Made by a program: the position numbers and the translations under genes. The notes under the pieces are model-generated. The model ran no database searches. It was not told the DNA's origin and saw nothing but the letters and a program-made list of their open reading frames with translations. Positions 1-11,146 of a stretch of DNA of 64,000 bases are shown here, piece by piece. Numbering within the stretch: position 1 is the stretch's first letter; each line of letters starts with the position of its first letter. Origin of the DNA: Verrucomicrobiota bacterium (lineage in GTDB: Bacteria; Verrucomicrobiota; Verrucomicrobiia; Chthoniobacterales; JAFAMB01); the NCBI GenBank assembly GCA_041167675.1, contig JBEEIB010000008.1, positions 2,380 through 66,379 on the forward strand, in the 5' to 3' direction.

Positions 1-1
1 G

Positions 2-166
2 CAATTAGAAAATAACTTAGGCTCTTTGAATGCACATCTCGGCCCTGATCAAATCAAGCGGCTCGACGACATAAGCAGTGTCGAAATGGGCTTCCCGCAT
101 GCAATTCTCGCGAATCCAACGATCAAACAGACAATCTCTGGCGGAGTTGAAGTCCATCGTAAGTAG
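2..166 (+). CDS. aldo/keto reductase-like protein, C-terminal fragment (5' end outside window)
   Basis: Frame is open from the window edge: QLENNLGSLNAHLGPDQIKRLDDISSVEMGFPHAILANPTIKQTISGGVEVHRK*, with TAG at 164-166. It resembles the C-terminal tail of AKR enzymes. It is too short for the ORF track. Confidence 0.4.
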   Translation, partial: QLENNLGSLNAHLGPDQIKRLDDISSVEMGFPHAILANPTIKQTISGGVEVHRK

Positions 167-533
167 CTCTGCGGCTCAAAGTATCAGGTGATCCCGAATA
201 TCAATGGGCTGCAAAAACAGACTAAGACGATTTTTAAATCGCCATTGCCTGGCGGGGCTCTTTAGCGGAGGCCGTAGATGTCTTTCGCCTTTGTAGCGGT
301 GTCGGACGCGTGGATTCAGAACTGTTGCTGCCGCGGATGCCGCGGCAACAGGCCCTTCACTGCATCAGGCAGCACTCTTCACGGTTTTGTTGTCCGCAAA
401 AGCTGCGACACCGACACTGTGCGCCATGTTCCAACCAATGCGGGATAATAGACACGAATAGAACCTGAACGTTCGTGTCCATTCGCGTCGATTCGTGGTT
501 AGAAAATAGTTAATATGAATTTGTGGTTGGGTG

Positions 534-3044
534 TCATGTACGAATCGCCTGAACGATTGCGATTCGGCCCGCCTGAATCGCCGGAGCGAGTCCAGCCAAT
601 AGGGCGATAGTTAGGAGGATCAACGGAATCGAGCCCAATTGCTCCCACGGAATCAGTAACGGAATCGTCCAGCCGAAGAATGTTTTGTTGATCACTTCGG
701 TAAGAACGAAAGCCAAGGCGCATCCGGCTACGACGCCGATGGCTACGGCCACGGCAGCGAGCAAAAAAGCCTCGGCCAAAACCAGGCCAACAATTTGCCA
801 GACGGAGCTACCTACGGCTCGCAAGATGGCCAGCTCCCGTTCCCGCTCTTTCACCAGCACAGTGAGATTCAAGGTAATCCCGATGACCGCAACGATCATT
901 GCGATGCCACGAAGAAGATAAGTGACAGCAAACGTTTGTTCGAAAATGCGATCGACATCACCCCTCAATTCGCGATTGGAACGGATCGCGTAAGCTTCCG
1001 CCTTAGGATAAGAGCTTCGAATTTGCTTAATCACTTGGTGGGGAGTGGCTCCGCTCTTAAGGTAAGCAGCGATCGAATGAATTCGTGGATCATGCCAATA
1101 CCTTTCAAAGTTCGCCCGCTGCATCAAGAGGAGACCGGAATCGCGAGTGTAGTCGTAAAAAATCCCAACGATAACAAACGACTTTGGCCCCGCTGGCGTC
1201 GTTAATCGCAAGCTTTGGCCTTCCTTCAGGTTCAACCGATGAGCTAACGGCTCCGAGGCTATCACGGTATCGGCGTCGTGCCATTTCCGTAGCTTTTCTG
1301 CGTCTGCGTCGCCAACAAATTGTGGACGATTGCGGCCGGCGCCTTCAACAACGCCGAGCGCAACCCGGTTCCCATTCAATTCTACTTCATAGTCCCGATA
1401 AGTATCGAAAGTGTCGATCGATGGGAGATGTCGGAGAAATGCGATCAGATCGGGCGAAACAAAATTCTGAAACTCGGCCAGTTCGTTCTGGGCTGAGGTA
1501 ATGAAAAGATCTGCTACTAATCGCCGATTGATCCAACGATCAACGGTCGAGCGAAAAGAAAAGATCATGATCGAAACGCTGACCACCATGGCCGTTGCCG
1601 ATCCCAAAGCCGCAATCGTGATCGCGTTGCGAAAGAGCGATCGCACCAAGTTTTGGGCGGCGAGATGAATGAGGTGGACCGCGTGAAAAAGCTCGCTAAT
1701 GCCTCGGCCGAACCAATAGGTCACAAATGGCGCAAGTAAACAGAATGTAACGAGCGTGCTGAGAGCACACAAAAAAGCGGCGTTTCGAATTCCGGCATGT
1801 AACGCGCCAATTCCACTGACCAAAGCAACCAGGGCAGCCGCGGCACTCCAACCGAGCCAAGCAATTGAGGGGCGCTCGCTCCGCTCGATGAGAAAACCGA
1901 GGTTCAGGGCTTGCAATGGTGAAACTCCGACCGCGGACTGAGCTGGCACCCATGCACCCAAAAACGTGGCCGCGAGCCCAAGCAAAAAGACCAATATCAC
2001 TTGGTTCCAAGGCAAGTAGGCATGTTCGATGCTGGTCAAAACGTACAGGTTCGAAATTGTTGTGGCGACGGCTCCAAGCAAAGAGCGAGCTACCAACAAA
2101 CCACCAGCAATTCCAAGCAAAGATCCGATCAGGCCGTAGAGGAGTGCCTCTCCCAGAAACAACCATCTCACTTGAGCAGGCGAGACGCCGAGGGATCGAA
2201 GAATTCCGATCTCCTCCCGCCGGCGGACTACCGAAGCGCTAATGGTGTTGTAGACCAAGAAGACTCCGACTAACAGAGAGACCAGACTTAATGCGGTAAG
2301 ATTAAGATGAAATCCGGCCAACATCTTCGCCACCTGCACGCTTCGGCTCGACGGTGGCTCGACCACGACACTTGCTGGCGCGAACCGGGCTATCCGCGAG
2401 GTTACGGCCTCGGGATCCTTCGGATCTTGCACTCGAAATAGGACTGTGGATAAAGTTCCCGCTTTACCTAAAAGCTCCTGGGCCCATCCGATATCCATGA
2501 ACGCGAAATGCGAATCAGCGTTTCCGGTATTCACCAGAGATGCAACCGTCACAACGGCGATCCCCTCCCCGGTTTCGACCTTGAGTGAATTGCCGATTTT
2601 CAAGCCATGCATATCGGCGAATGCTTGGGAGATGGTGATGGCATGGGGATCGGCAAACCATCGGCTCTGAACGGCACGGTCAAAGCTCGAAAAGGTCCGG
2701 AACTCAGCATTAGTCAGCGGATCAATACCCACCAGGTGCAAATATTCGCCGGGAAAATCGGGCAAAATGATAACGCCTTCGATTAACGGGGTAGCGGCCG
2801 TGACGCCCTCGATTGTCTGCAACTGAGGAAAGAGGGCATCGTCGATTTCACCTCTCGCTTCCAGGTGCGCGCGACCCGCGACCAAATCTACGCCCGCGGC
2901 AAATGATTGTTCGGCGCTATAATTGGTAATCTGAATTGCCAAATAGACTGCGACGCCGAGCGCCACACTCAATACATTGATCAGAGCGAGAAAACGATGT
3001 CGTAACGCATAACGAACGACGTGTTGCCAAAGAAACCGCCCCAT
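534..3044 (-). CDS. ABC transporter permease, FtsX/MacB-like with two FtsX domains
   Basis: 836-aa ORF with two FtsX-type segments (REEIGILRSLGVSPAQVRWLFLGEALLYGLIGSLLGIAGG and RERELAILRAVGSSVWQIVGLVLAEAFLLAAVAVAIGVVAG), each after a long loop, and many hydrophobic helices. No ATPase gene is adjacent. Confidence 0.85.
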   Translation of the reverse strand: MGRFLWQHVVRYALRHRFLALINVLSVALGVAVYLAIQITNYSAEQSFAAGVDLVAGRAHLEARGEIDDALFPQLQTIEGVTAATPLIEGVIILPDFPGEYLHLVGIDPLTNAEFRTFSSFDRAVQSRWFADPHAITISQAFADMHGLKIGNSLKVETGEGIAVVTVASLVNTGNADSHFAFMDIGWAQELLGKAGTLSTVLFRVQDPKDPEAVTSRIARFAPASVVVEPPSSRSVQVAKMLAGFHLNLTALSLVSLLVGVFLVYNTISASVVRRREEIGILRSLGVSPAQVRWLFLGEALLYGLIGSLLGIAGGLLVARSLLGAVATTISNLYVLTSIEHAYLPWNQVILVFLLGLAATFLGAWVPAQSAVGVSPLQALNLGFLIERSERPSIAWLGWSAAAALVALVSGIGALHAGIRNAAFLCALSTLVTFCLLAPFVTYWFGRGISELFHAVHLIHLAAQNLVRSLFRNAITIAALGSATAMVVSVSIMIFSFRSTVDRWINRRLVADLFITSAQNELAEFQNFVSPDLIAFLRHLPSIDTFDTYRDYEVELNGNRVALGVVEGAGRNRPQFVGDADAEKLRKWHDADTVIASEPLAHRLNLKEGQSLRLTTPAGPKSFVIVGIFYDYTRDSGLLLMQRANFERYWHDPRIHSIAAYLKSGATPHQVIKQIRSSYPKAEAYAIRSNRELRGDVDRIFEQTFAVTYLLRGIAMIVAVIGITLNLTVLVKERERELAILRAVGSSVWQIVGLVLAEAFLLAAVAVAIGVVAGCALAFVLTEVINKTFFGWTIPLLIPWEQLGSIPLILLTIALLAGLAPAIQAGRIAIVQAIRT

Positions 3045-3050
3045 CGCTTC

Positions 3051-5792
3051 TCAACTGTTAGTCGCCGCTCGCAACAGCGCCGAACGCAACTGGTCAAGAG
3101 TCGCTTTGTTCGTCAGTTTTCGACCCTCGAAATCAGTTACATAAAAACTATCAAACGCCGCCCCTTTTTCCGTCGCTACTCGGGAATGAGCAATCGTGAC
3201 CCGGAGACCGGAAAAGCAGTAGAGAACATCATATAACAGTCCTAGCCGGTCGGGTGTCTGGACATCGATTACCGTGTGAGTGGGATGGACTTCATTAGAA
3301 ATCACCAATTTAGTCGGGAAATCCATCTCCGGAGGTCGATGATAGACGGAACGGGCGCGGGCGTGAGTTAAAAGCGGCGAAAAATCGAACTCTGCCTTTC
3401 GTAGGGCTTGGCGCAAAATCTCCTCTACCATCTTTTGGTCTCGCTCTTCGGTAACCGGCGCGAAGTTAACGTCACAAACTCGGAAAACACCTAACATCAA
3501 GTTATCGGTGCGGGTATAAGCATCCGCACTTAAAATATTGATCGAAGCAGTCGCAAACGAGCCCGCGATCTTCGCCATCAAAGCGGCCCGGTCCCAGGTG
3601 CAGATCCAAACCTCACTATGACCTTGCGTTGGCTTGCTGTGCCAGCGAACTGCTGGGGCCAGCGCTTCCTCGGAATTCTTAAATCGTGTTTCCAGCCAGC
3701 CGCGAAAGAGGCGGATATGGCCGACAATCTCATTTACATCGTGACTTTGGAAATAACGTTCCGGCACTGACTGGAAATGGGTTTCAATTTCCTCCCCAAA
3801 GTCACGAGCTAACCGTTTAGAAACTGCTGCGTGAAGATCCGCCCTTTCGATGCGACGTTTTTTAAAGAATTCACTCTCGTCACGGAGATAGCTGGAGGCC
3901 GCCTGATAAAGCTGCCAAACCAGCGACTCCTTCCAGTCCGACCAATTCTGAGCGCTGGTACCCTGCCCATCGGCCAAGGTCAATAACATGAGAGAGTCGA
4001 TGTTTTCCTGCGTGTGCAAACTGCGAGCGAAAGCAGCGACGGTCGCCGGGTCCTCTACGTTTCTTCGCTGAGCCATCTCGGAAAGGGTGAGATGATGGTC
4101 CACGAGCAAGATAAGACGGCTGCGCCGTTCCGGCGAAAGCTGTAAGCGGGCAGCGACTTTTTGAGCATTCAGCGCGCTGGCCTCGGCATGGTGTCGCCCG
4201 CCGGAAGCCTTGCCGGTATCATGCAGCAGCAACGCCAGATAAAGGACATACGGATCCTCCAACTTACGAAAAAGCTCCTGATATTCGGCGAGCTTAGGGT
4301 CCTTCGTATCGATGAGCTCGTCCAGTTTCTCTATACAGACCAACGTATGTTCATCCGCAGTATAACGATGAAAGAACTCATGCTGGACCAGACAGGTTAG
4401 TTCACCAAACTCGGGAAGGTATCGACCGAGAAAATCCACCTCATGCATCATTCGCAAGATGCGCCCCACTTGCCCCTTGCGGGAAAGAATCGCCTGGAAA
4501 GTCTCCCGCGCAGCGCGCGCGTATTGAAAGGTGCGATTCACCAGACGAGTCCGGCGCCGAATCATCTGCTCCAGCTCGGGACTGAGTTCCAGTTCCCGCT
4601 GCTGCGCATGAAGGAATACGCGCATCAATCGAAACGGATCTTTGTGAAAGACTTCCCGATCTTCATAATAAATGAAGTTTCCATGGCTGTAGAACCCGTC
4701 GAAATGCTCAGTCTTCAGTTTCCGCTTAGCCAGAAAACCAAAGACCGGACGTGCCTCCTTCTCGGGTTGTACCGGCAACAGAAAGCGTTCCGTGATGCGA
4801 GTAGTAGTTAAGTAAATCGTTCGCGCGTACTGGTAGTAATCACGCATGAACTCTTCACTTCGCCGAAGTATGGTTTTTTGGGGATACTTGAACCGGCTCG
4901 CAATTTGACCTTGAAGGAACAGTGTTAACACGTCCGATGGACGCTCGTTGGCGTAGTGCAATTCGGTCCGAACTCGTTGCAAGAAATCGTAAGCTCGATC
5001 GATGGCCCGGCGATCGCTCTCGGAAATGTACTTGCGCTCAACCAGCTTGGCCGTGCTCATGATTCCGTCCCGAAAGTAGCAGATCCACTGCATATTTTGG
5101 TAATCACGCAATCCACCGCAGCCATTTTTCACGTTCGGCTCCTGCATAAAAACGGAGCCTCCGTATTTCCGATGCCGCTCTTCTTGATTTTCAAGCCGCC
5201 ACTGCAAGTAGCTGCTCACCTGTCCGCGAACGCAATGGTCAAAGAATTCGCGACGGAACTTTGAATGGAGACTGCGATTGCCGGAAAGATACCGTGATTC
5301 GAGAAGCGAAGTTTTCGTCAATACATCGGCATTGGCGAGTCGGATCGCCTCGCCAAGCGACCTGGTGGCATGTCCCACCTTAAATCCAACGTCCCAAAGC
5401 ATATAGAGGATCTGCTCAATAACTTCGGTCACATCGGGGGGGACGCGCACCGAGTCATGCAAAAAAAGGATGTCAACATCGCTGTACGGGTTCAGTTCGC
5501 CGCGGCCATAGCCTCCGATTGCTAAGAGGGCGATCGGCGGAACTTTGTCGACGAACTTGGAATGTTCTAGTGCGCCCTCGAACAAATGACGAAGCACGAC
5601 ATCCAACAACGTGGCGCGATCATGGACTAACTCTAGACCGCCGGCACCCGAATAATGTTTTAGACGGAGACGATGCTCTTCCAGCTTTAGAAATTTTTTG
5701 TAGAGATTTAGCTGCTCCCGAAGGCGCTCTTTTCCTTGCGAAACCAATTGCCTCTCGGCATGAGCTAAAATCTTTTCCAGATGCTGCGACAT
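3051..5792 (-). CDS. glnD: [protein-PII] uridylyltransferase / uridylyl-removing enzyme
   Basis: Nucleotidyltransferase motif GGYGRGELNPYSDVDILFLH, HD motif LLLHDTGK, and ACT-like repeats at the C-terminus. Start set at ATG 5792 (MSQHLEKILAH) rather than track start 5975, because the 61 extra codons are Arg/Pro/Ser-rich. Confidence 0.9.
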   Translation of the reverse strand: MSQHLEKILAHAERQLVSQGKERLREQLNLYKKFLKLEEHRLRLKHYSGAGGLELVHDRATLLDVVLRHLFEGALEHSKFVDKVPPIALLAIGGYGRGELNPYSDVDILFLHDSVRVPPDVTEVIEQILYMLWDVGFKVGHATRSLGEAIRLANADVLTKTSLLESRYLSGNRSLHSKFRREFFDHCVRGQVSSYLQWRLENQEERHRKYGGSVFMQEPNVKNGCGGLRDYQNMQWICYFRDGIMSTAKLVERKYISESDRRAIDRAYDFLQRVRTELHYANERPSDVLTLFLQGQIASRFKYPQKTILRRSEEFMRDYYQYARTIYLTTTRITERFLLPVQPEKEARPVFGFLAKRKLKTEHFDGFYSHGNFIYYEDREVFHKDPFRLMRVFLHAQQRELELSPELEQMIRRRTRLVNRTFQYARAARETFQAILSRKGQVGRILRMMHEVDFLGRYLPEFGELTCLVQHEFFHRYTADEHTLVCIEKLDELIDTKDPKLAEYQELFRKLEDPYVLYLALLLHDTGKASGGRHHAEASALNAQKVAARLQLSPERRSRLILLVDHHLTLSEMAQRRNVEDPATVAAFARSLHTQENIDSLMLLTLADGQGTSAQNWSDWKESLVWQLYQAASSYLRDESEFFKKRRIERADLHAAVSKRLARDFGEEIETHFQSVPERYFQSHDVNEIVGHIRLFRGWLETRFKNSEEALAPAVRWHSKPTQGHSEVWICTWDRAALMAKIAGSFATASINILSADAYTRTDNLMLGVFRVCDVNFAPVTEERDQKMVEEILRQALRKAEFDFSPLLTHARARSVYHRPPEMDFPTKLVISNEVHPTHTVIDVQTPDRLGLLYDVLYCFSGLRVTIAHSRVATEKGAAFDSFYVTDFEGRKLTNKATLDQLRSALLRAATNS

Positions 5793-6087
5793 TACTTCGT
5801 TAGGTGGGCTATCGACCTTATCCCATGGAAATATAGTGCCATTTTTTGGGCGACAGCGAAATCTTTTGGGGGAATGAGATCCAGTTCTTGATGTTTGCGC
5901 TCCAGCATTCTTCGGTGCAGGCGGCGCGAAGTAGGGCGTGTCGCTCCGCGACCGCTGAGACCAACGGCGTACCATTGCCCCGGTAGCCTGAGAATCTTAC
6001 CACGAGTCAATCTCCGGCAATATTTTTTCAGCAGGGTGCGACTCGGCGGTCGCCGAGCGACGTACCCTACCTCACGAAGGCAATGCA

Positions 6088-7656
6088 TCACTTCTTCCAC
6101 GCGAAACGGTCCGTCGAAGGAGACTCGCCTAGATGACGACTGAATCCGGAGCGGTTGGCAGCCAAATGCGTCAATACATGAAAAACATCCTCCGGATCGG
6201 CGCCGACGCTTTTAGCCAGCTCTTCTGCGGTAGCGGGTTTACCAATCGCTTGTAGAAGTTTGGCCAAATGACTTTGCAGTTCCAGCAGCCGGCCAGCCGC
6301 CTTTTTACCAGCCTCCACCCCAGGTTGATGGTACGCATTGATATTAACCAGCGATCCGTAAAAGCCGACTGCGCGCTCGTACAGAGCGATCAAAGCACCC
6401 ACCGAAAATGGCGTTACTCGATCAACGCTAATAGTAATCGATTCCCGATCCTTTTCGAAAAGGGCCGAGCGAGTACCGCGCAAAAATCCTTGAAGGTAGT
6501 CGCCACTGGTAATCCCAGGCTCCACCTCGAGACCAGCGCTATTGCGAGCGGTATCCACCTGAATGAATGTAACGAAGAAATTACGCACACCGTCTCGGAG
6601 TTGCTGAACATACGCATGTTGATCGGTCGACCCCTTGTTCCCATAGACGGCCATGCCCTGATAGACCGTCTTACCATCGAGATCGAATTCTTTCCCGAGT
6701 GATTCCATCACCAGTTGCTGAAGGTACTTACTAAGAAGAACCAATCGGTCTTTGTACGGCAGAATGACCATGTCCTTCTCACCCTTTCCATTGCCGGTCT
6801 GGTACCACATCAGCGCCAGCAACATTGCCGCATTTGAGCCAACATCGTGAACTCTAGTTTTTTCGTCCATGGCTGCCGCCCCGGCCAATAATTGTTCGGT
6901 ATTCAGTCCTTGAAGAGCCATCGGTAACAGCCCGACGGCACTCATTACAGAGGTACGGCCCCCGACCCAATCGAACATTGGAAACCTGGCCAGCCATCTG
7001 GCCGCGTGTCGGTCAAGCTCGCTGCCTTCTCCGGTGACCGCCACGGCATGCTTCGCAAAATCCAAACCAGCTGCCTTATACTTTGCGGCCGCTTCAAGCA
7101 TTCCGTTCCGAGTCTCTTTGGTTCCTCCAGACTTCGAGACGACGATCGCCAGAGTGGTGGCGATGTTCGTACCCAACCGCTGGAATACTCGATCAATCCC
7201 CTCCGGATCGGTGTTGTCCAAATAATGAACTCGCATCCGGTCAGCGCCAGTGCCAAGTGCGTCGGCTACCAACTGAGGACCGAGAGCGGAGCCGCCAATG
7301 CCAATCAATAGTAGATCAGTAAAATCGTCGCCGTTGGATGCCTGAAGCTCTCCAGCGTCGACCTTGCGGACAAACTCGTAGATCGCTTCATTGGTATCCT
7401 CGATATCGTGCCGAACTTCGGTATTAGGCGCCAACTCGGGGGCGCGCAACCAATAGTGACCCACCATTCTTTTCTCGTCGGGATTGGCAATGGCACCCTT
7501 CTCCAATGCCTCCATCGATCTGAAGGCTTTCGCCACTGCCGCGCTCATCGTCTCGAAATAACTCTCCTCGAAATGCACCCGGCTTATATCCAGGGAAAAA
7601 TGAAGATCGGGATACCGCAGAAAGTAGCGATCAAATCGGTCCCATTGAGAGTTCAT
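6088..7656 (-). CDS. pgi: glucose-6-phosphate isomerase
   Basis: PGI motifs [15 protein letters not shown] and [15 protein letters not shown]. Start set at ATG 7656 ([12 protein letters not shown]), because the 20 upstream codons of the track ORF translate a short-repeat array. Confidence 0.93.
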   Translation of the reverse strand: MNSQWDRFDRYFLRYPDLHFSLDISRVHFEESYFETMSAAVAKAFRSMEALEKGAIANPDEKRMVGHYWLRAPELAPNTEVRHDIEDTNEAIYEFVRKVDAGELQASNGDDFTDLLLIGIGGSALGPQLVADALGTGADRMRVHYLDNTDPEGIDRVFQRLGTNIATTLAIVVSKSGGTKETRNGMLEAAAKYKAAGLDFAKHAVAVTGEGSELDRHAARWLARFPMFDWVGGRTSVMSAVGLLPMALQGLNTEQLLAGAAAMDEKTRVHDVGSNAAMLLALMWYQTGNGKGEKDMVILPYKDRLVLLSKYLQQLVMESLGKEFDLDGKTVYQGMAVYGNKGSTDQHAYVQQLRDGVRNFFVTFIQVDTARNSAGLEVEPGITSGDYLQGFLRGTRSALFEKDRESITISVDRVTPFSVGALIALYERAVGFYGSLVNINAYHQPGVEAGKKAAGRLLELQSHLAKLLQAIGKPATAEELAKSVGADPEDVFHVLTHLAANRSGFSRHLGESPSTDRFAWKK

Positions 7657-7689
7657 ATCGGCAAAGTACGCGACACGCATCAGGCAGCA

Positions 7690-7728
7690 AACCAGTAAGC
7701 AGTAAACCGCAACCACCAGTCAGCAGTA
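7690..7728. repeat. direct 15-mer repeat made of heptamer doublets, upstream of pgi
   Basis: AACCAGTAAGCAGTA (7690-7704) and CACCAGTCAGCAGTA (7714-7728) match at 13 of 15 positions. Each consists of two nCAGTAn heptamers. Confidence 0.5.
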
Positions 7729-7775
7729 GCTGTCCCGCGGCGCGCGGAGGACGCACGCCCTCCCAACCAGGACGG

Positions 7776-10367
7776 CTACAGGCCCGCTGCCCGCTCCCTC
7801 AGTTGGTCTAGCCGGCTATTGAAATCCCGTTCGCGCTGCCGATGCTCTTCGACCACCGCCGCCGGAGCACGATCGACAAAATTTGCATTGGCGAGTTTTT
7901 TCCGAACGGTCTCCAGTTCGCTCTCTAGTTTTGCAATCTCCTTGGCTAACCGCTCTTTCTCAGCCTGCACATCTACTACTCCTTCCAACGGAAGAAAAAC
8001 TTGCCCGAGCGGGGTCAAGACCATCGGCATACCTCGCGGCGCCTCAAAGTCAGGGTTCACCTCAAGCGGTTCCTCCGCTCCCGCCAGATTCGCAAAGACT
8101 GCAAAATCGCCCCAAACGGCCGGGCGCAATATCAATTTCACCTTCTTGTTTGAGGGAATGCGATATTCCGCACGGAGATTCCGTGCTTGCGAGGTTGCTC
8201 GATACACCATGCCGGCAAATTCCGATTGGGCGGAGTCCAAGCGCAATTCCGTTCGCAGATCGGTAAGCTCGGCAAACTGAATACTACCGGAGCCATATTC
8301 CATTCGATGCCATAATTCTTCGGTGATGTGCGGCATAAATGGATGAAGCAATCGAAGCACCGCGGAGAGCACATGGTCCATCACCCAGAGACATCCGGAT
8401 TTGACCTCGGGATCCTGGCTTTGCAGTTCCGTCTTTGCCGCTTCAAGATAGCAGTCACAAAAATCACCCCAGAAAAATTCATAAATGGTTTGGGCGACAT
8501 CGGTAAAAAGATAGTCGCTGTAACCGCGCTCGATCCGATCAACCGCGGCGTTTAATAAGATAAGAATGCGGGTGGAGTAAGGAGAAAGCGGTATAGCCGG
8601 CTTTGCCGTCACTCGCGGGCCCTGTAATTGGCGAAAGCGAAAAGCGTTCCAGAGCTTATTGGCGAAATTGCGCCCTTCTTCGATCTGCTTCTCATCGAAT
8701 CGGATATCTTGCCCATGCGGCGCGGTTCGCATTAACCCAAACCGAAGTCCATCGGCACCATACTTCGCGATAAGGTCAAGCGGGTCGGGAGAGTTTCCGA
8801 GGCTTTTTGACATTTTGCGCCCCTGCAGATCTCGAATGATCCCGGTGAAGAAAACGTTCTTAAACGGTTTCTGACCTTGGTACTCGAACCCTGCCATGAT
8901 CATACGGGCGACCCATAGAAAAATAATATCCGGGCCGGTTACCAAGTCATCGGTCGGATAAAATTTCCTCCGCAAATCCGGCGACATGGTGGCAAACGGC
9001 CATAGCCAGGAAGAAAACCACGTATCCAGGACGTCTGGATCCTGTTCCCAATGCTCCGGATCAGCCGGCCGATCGATCCCGACATACCTGCGATCCGGTT
9101 CGGCTTTATGATACCAGACTGGAATCTGGTGACCCCACCAAAGTTGCCGGCTGATACACCAGTCACGGATGTTCTCAATCCAGTGCTCAAAGCTCTTGAC
9201 CCAACGCTCCGGACGAAACTGAATCTCTCCGGATCGGACTGCAGCCAAGGTACGATCAACCTCCGGATATCGGAGGAACCATTGTTCGCTCAGTCGCGGC
9301 TCGATGGGAACACCAGTGCGTTCGCTATACCCGACATTGTGTTGATATGGCTCCTCCCGCACTAACAGACCGAGCTCGCGCAGCTTCTCCACAGCCCGTT
9401 TCCGAGCCTCGAATCGGTCCAGGCCGACAAATTCTTCGCCCGCCAGCGCGTTGAGTGTTCCGTTCGGATTAAGGACATCGATAATCTCGAGATTATGGCG
9501 CAGCCCAATTTCAAAATCCGTCTTGTCGTGCGCCGGCGTGACCTTGAGCACACCAGTACCAAACTCCGGATCGATTGCCTCGTCTCCGATGATTGGAATC
9601 TGGACACGCGGAAACGGACGCCAACAATGTTTACCAATGAAATGCCGGTACCGCTGGTCGTTCGGATTTACCGCGACAGCGGTATCCCCCATCAAGGTCT
9701 CTGGACGGGTGGTAGCGATCTCGAGAAACGTGCCCGGTTGCTCAACCACTTCGTACCGCATGATATACAAGGTTCCGGAGACCGCTGTCGGTATCACTTC
9801 CTCATCGGACAGCGCGGTGAGCGAAGCCGGGCACCAATTCACCATTCGCTTGCCGCGATAGATGAGCCCTTTATTGTAGAGATCAACGAAGACAGCGCGA
9901 ACTTCCCGGGAATACTCTTCGTCCATGGTGAAGCGTTCCCGCGACCAATCGCAGGAACATCCCAATTTCTTCAGCTGCTCGATAATAATTCCGCCGTAGC
10001 GTTCCTTCCACTCCCATACGCGAGCCACAAATTCGGCACGTCCAATGTCGTGACGGGTCTTTCCTTCCTTGCGCAGCTGCCTTTCGACGACGGTTTGAGT
10101 CGCGATTCCGGCGTGATCGGTTCCGGGAAGCCAAAGAACTTCTTTACCCAGCATACGGGCGCGACGCGCGAGAATGTCCTGGATGGTATTGTTCAGGACA
10201 TGCCCCATGGTGAGTACACCAGTCACGTTTGGAGGCGGTATCACGATGGAGTAACCGGGCTTGGTCGACTCGGCCCGCGCGTAGAAACACTTCTGCTGAA
10301 GCCAAGTTTCGTACCATTTGGCTTCAACTGTCGCAGGTGAATAGGCCTTCGAAATCTCGCCTGTCAT
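7776..10367 (-). CDS. valS: valine--tRNA ligase
   Basis: 863 aa. Class I HIGH-type motif PPPNVTGVLTMGHVLN, KMSKS motif (GRKMSKSLGN), and the C-terminal coiled coil typical of ValRS. Confidence 0.97.
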   Translation of the reverse strand: MTGEISKAYSPATVEAKWYETWLQQKCFYARAESTKPGYSIVIPPPNVTGVLTMGHVLNNTIQDILARRARMLGKEVLWLPGTDHAGIATQTVVERQLRKEGKTRHDIGRAEFVARVWEWKERYGGIIIEQLKKLGCSCDWSRERFTMDEEYSREVRAVFVDLYNKGLIYRGKRMVNWCPASLTALSDEEVIPTAVSGTLYIMRYEVVEQPGTFLEIATTRPETLMGDTAVAVNPNDQRYRHFIGKHCWRPFPRVQIPIIGDEAIDPEFGTGVLKVTPAHDKTDFEIGLRHNLEIIDVLNPNGTLNALAGEEFVGLDRFEARKRAVEKLRELGLLVREEPYQHNVGYSERTGVPIEPRLSEQWFLRYPEVDRTLAAVRSGEIQFRPERWVKSFEHWIENIRDWCISRQLWWGHQIPVWYHKAEPDRRYVGIDRPADPEHWEQDPDVLDTWFSSWLWPFATMSPDLRRKFYPTDDLVTGPDIIFLWVARMIMAGFEYQGQKPFKNVFFTGIIRDLQGRKMSKSLGNSPDPLDLIAKYGADGLRFGLMRTAPHGQDIRFDEKQIEEGRNFANKLWNAFRFRQLQGPRVTAKPAIPLSPYSTRILILLNAAVDRIERGYSDYLFTDVAQTIYEFFWGDFCDCYLEAAKTELQSQDPEVKSGCLWVMDHVLSAVLRLLHPFMPHITEELWHRMEYGSGSIQFAELTDLRTELRLDSAQSEFAGMVYRATSQARNLRAEYRIPSNKKVKLILRPAVWGDFAVFANLAGAEEPLEVNPDFEAPRGMPMVLTPLGQVFLPLEGVVDVQAEKERLAKEIAKLESELETVRKKLANANFVDRAPAAVVEEHRQRERDFNSRLDQLRERAAGL

Positions 10368-10493
10368 GGGAAGCGGAATTTGCTGTCGAGGAGGCCGAAG
10401 TGCAACCCACGATTCGCAGGGAGGCTGTCAGCAGTAGACGCGCCATAGCAAGGCGAAGCGTCGGAACCCTCGCAGCTAGAAGCTGCGGCTACT

Positions 10494-11084
10494 TTAGTCG
10501 ATCGGGGTGAGAAAATGTTCCCAATCGCGGACGTTATGCGCGTTTCGGATGAAGTAAGTGACCGGCAATTCCCGGGGCGGTCGCGGTTTCTTTTGCAGCT
10601 CGAGACCCACCTCTTCCGGCAGCCGGTTACCCTTGAGGCTATTGACGCGCTTATCGGCCAACACGCAGTTCTCCCAACTGGTTTGGCCGCCGCGCGACCG
10701 CGGCACCACATGATCGATATTTCCCTCGGTGGGAACCAGCTTCTTGCCGGTGTACTGGCATCGTCCTCCATCTCGTTCCCAAATACCTTTGGTTGAAAGC
10801 TTAGGGCGACGCTTCGGCACTTTGTTGTACCGCGCCAATACCAGCACGGTCGGAATTCTCACCAGCCCACGAACTGTCCGGACCGCGTTATCGTCTTCGC
10901 GAACAGCCAACTCTAACCATTCGTTCCATCGAACCGGCCGCATATCGCCGATTCCTTGAATGTCGAGGCCGGTGGCGTTGCCGTTTGCCATCATGCAAAA
11001 TGCTTGAGCTGGCGTCTTGACATCAATCGCCTGCCAATTCCGATTCAAAACCAGGACGGTCGCCTTATACAACGCGTCGTTCAT
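10494..11084 (-). CDS. HNH endonuclease family protein
   Basis: 196 aa with HNH core CQYTGKKL...NIDHVVPRSRGGQTSWENCVLADKRVNSLKGN. Confidence 0.8.
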   Translation of the reverse strand: MNDALYKATVLVLNRNWQAIDVKTPAQAFCMMANGNATGLDIQGIGDMRPVRWNEWLELAVREDDNAVRTVRGLVRIPTVLVLARYNKVPKRRPKLSTKGIWERDGGRCQYTGKKLVPTEGNIDHVVPRSRGGQTSWENCVLADKRVNSLKGNRLPEEVGLELQKKPRPPRELPVTYFIRNAHNVRDWEHFLTPID

Positions 11085-11146
11085 GTGTTCATACCGTTAG
11101 CGTGTGATTTATGCTTCAAAATAGGACCGTTGTCCAGTCGAGGGAG

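Noticed and set aside
5792-6100. 102-aa ORF in the glnD-pgi gap, and the 61-codon upstream extension of glnD
   Set aside because: The sequence is Arg-rich and non-protein-like, and it overlaps the pgi 3' end. It was used only to justify moving the glnD start to 5792.
9495-10340. 281-aa plus-strand ORF opposite valS
   Set aside because: It lies antisense to a strongly supported valS reading frame. Its composition is Arg/Ser/Gly-rich with no motifs. It is a typical shadow ORF.
10427-10437. 11-mer GTCAGCAGTAG shared between the valS upstream region and the pgi upstream region (7719-7729), at similar distance from the start codons
   Set aside because: My rough estimate is that exact 11-mer coincidences are expected by chance many times in 64 kb, and several times even within intergenic DNA alone. 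It is kept only as part of the 7690-7728 repeat description.
10494-11084. HNH endonuclease as part of a restriction, defence or homing system
   Set aside because: No methyltransferase, helicase, intein/intron context or mobile-element features flank it. It sits between valS and a PHP phosphatase. It is treated as a stand-alone HNH protein.
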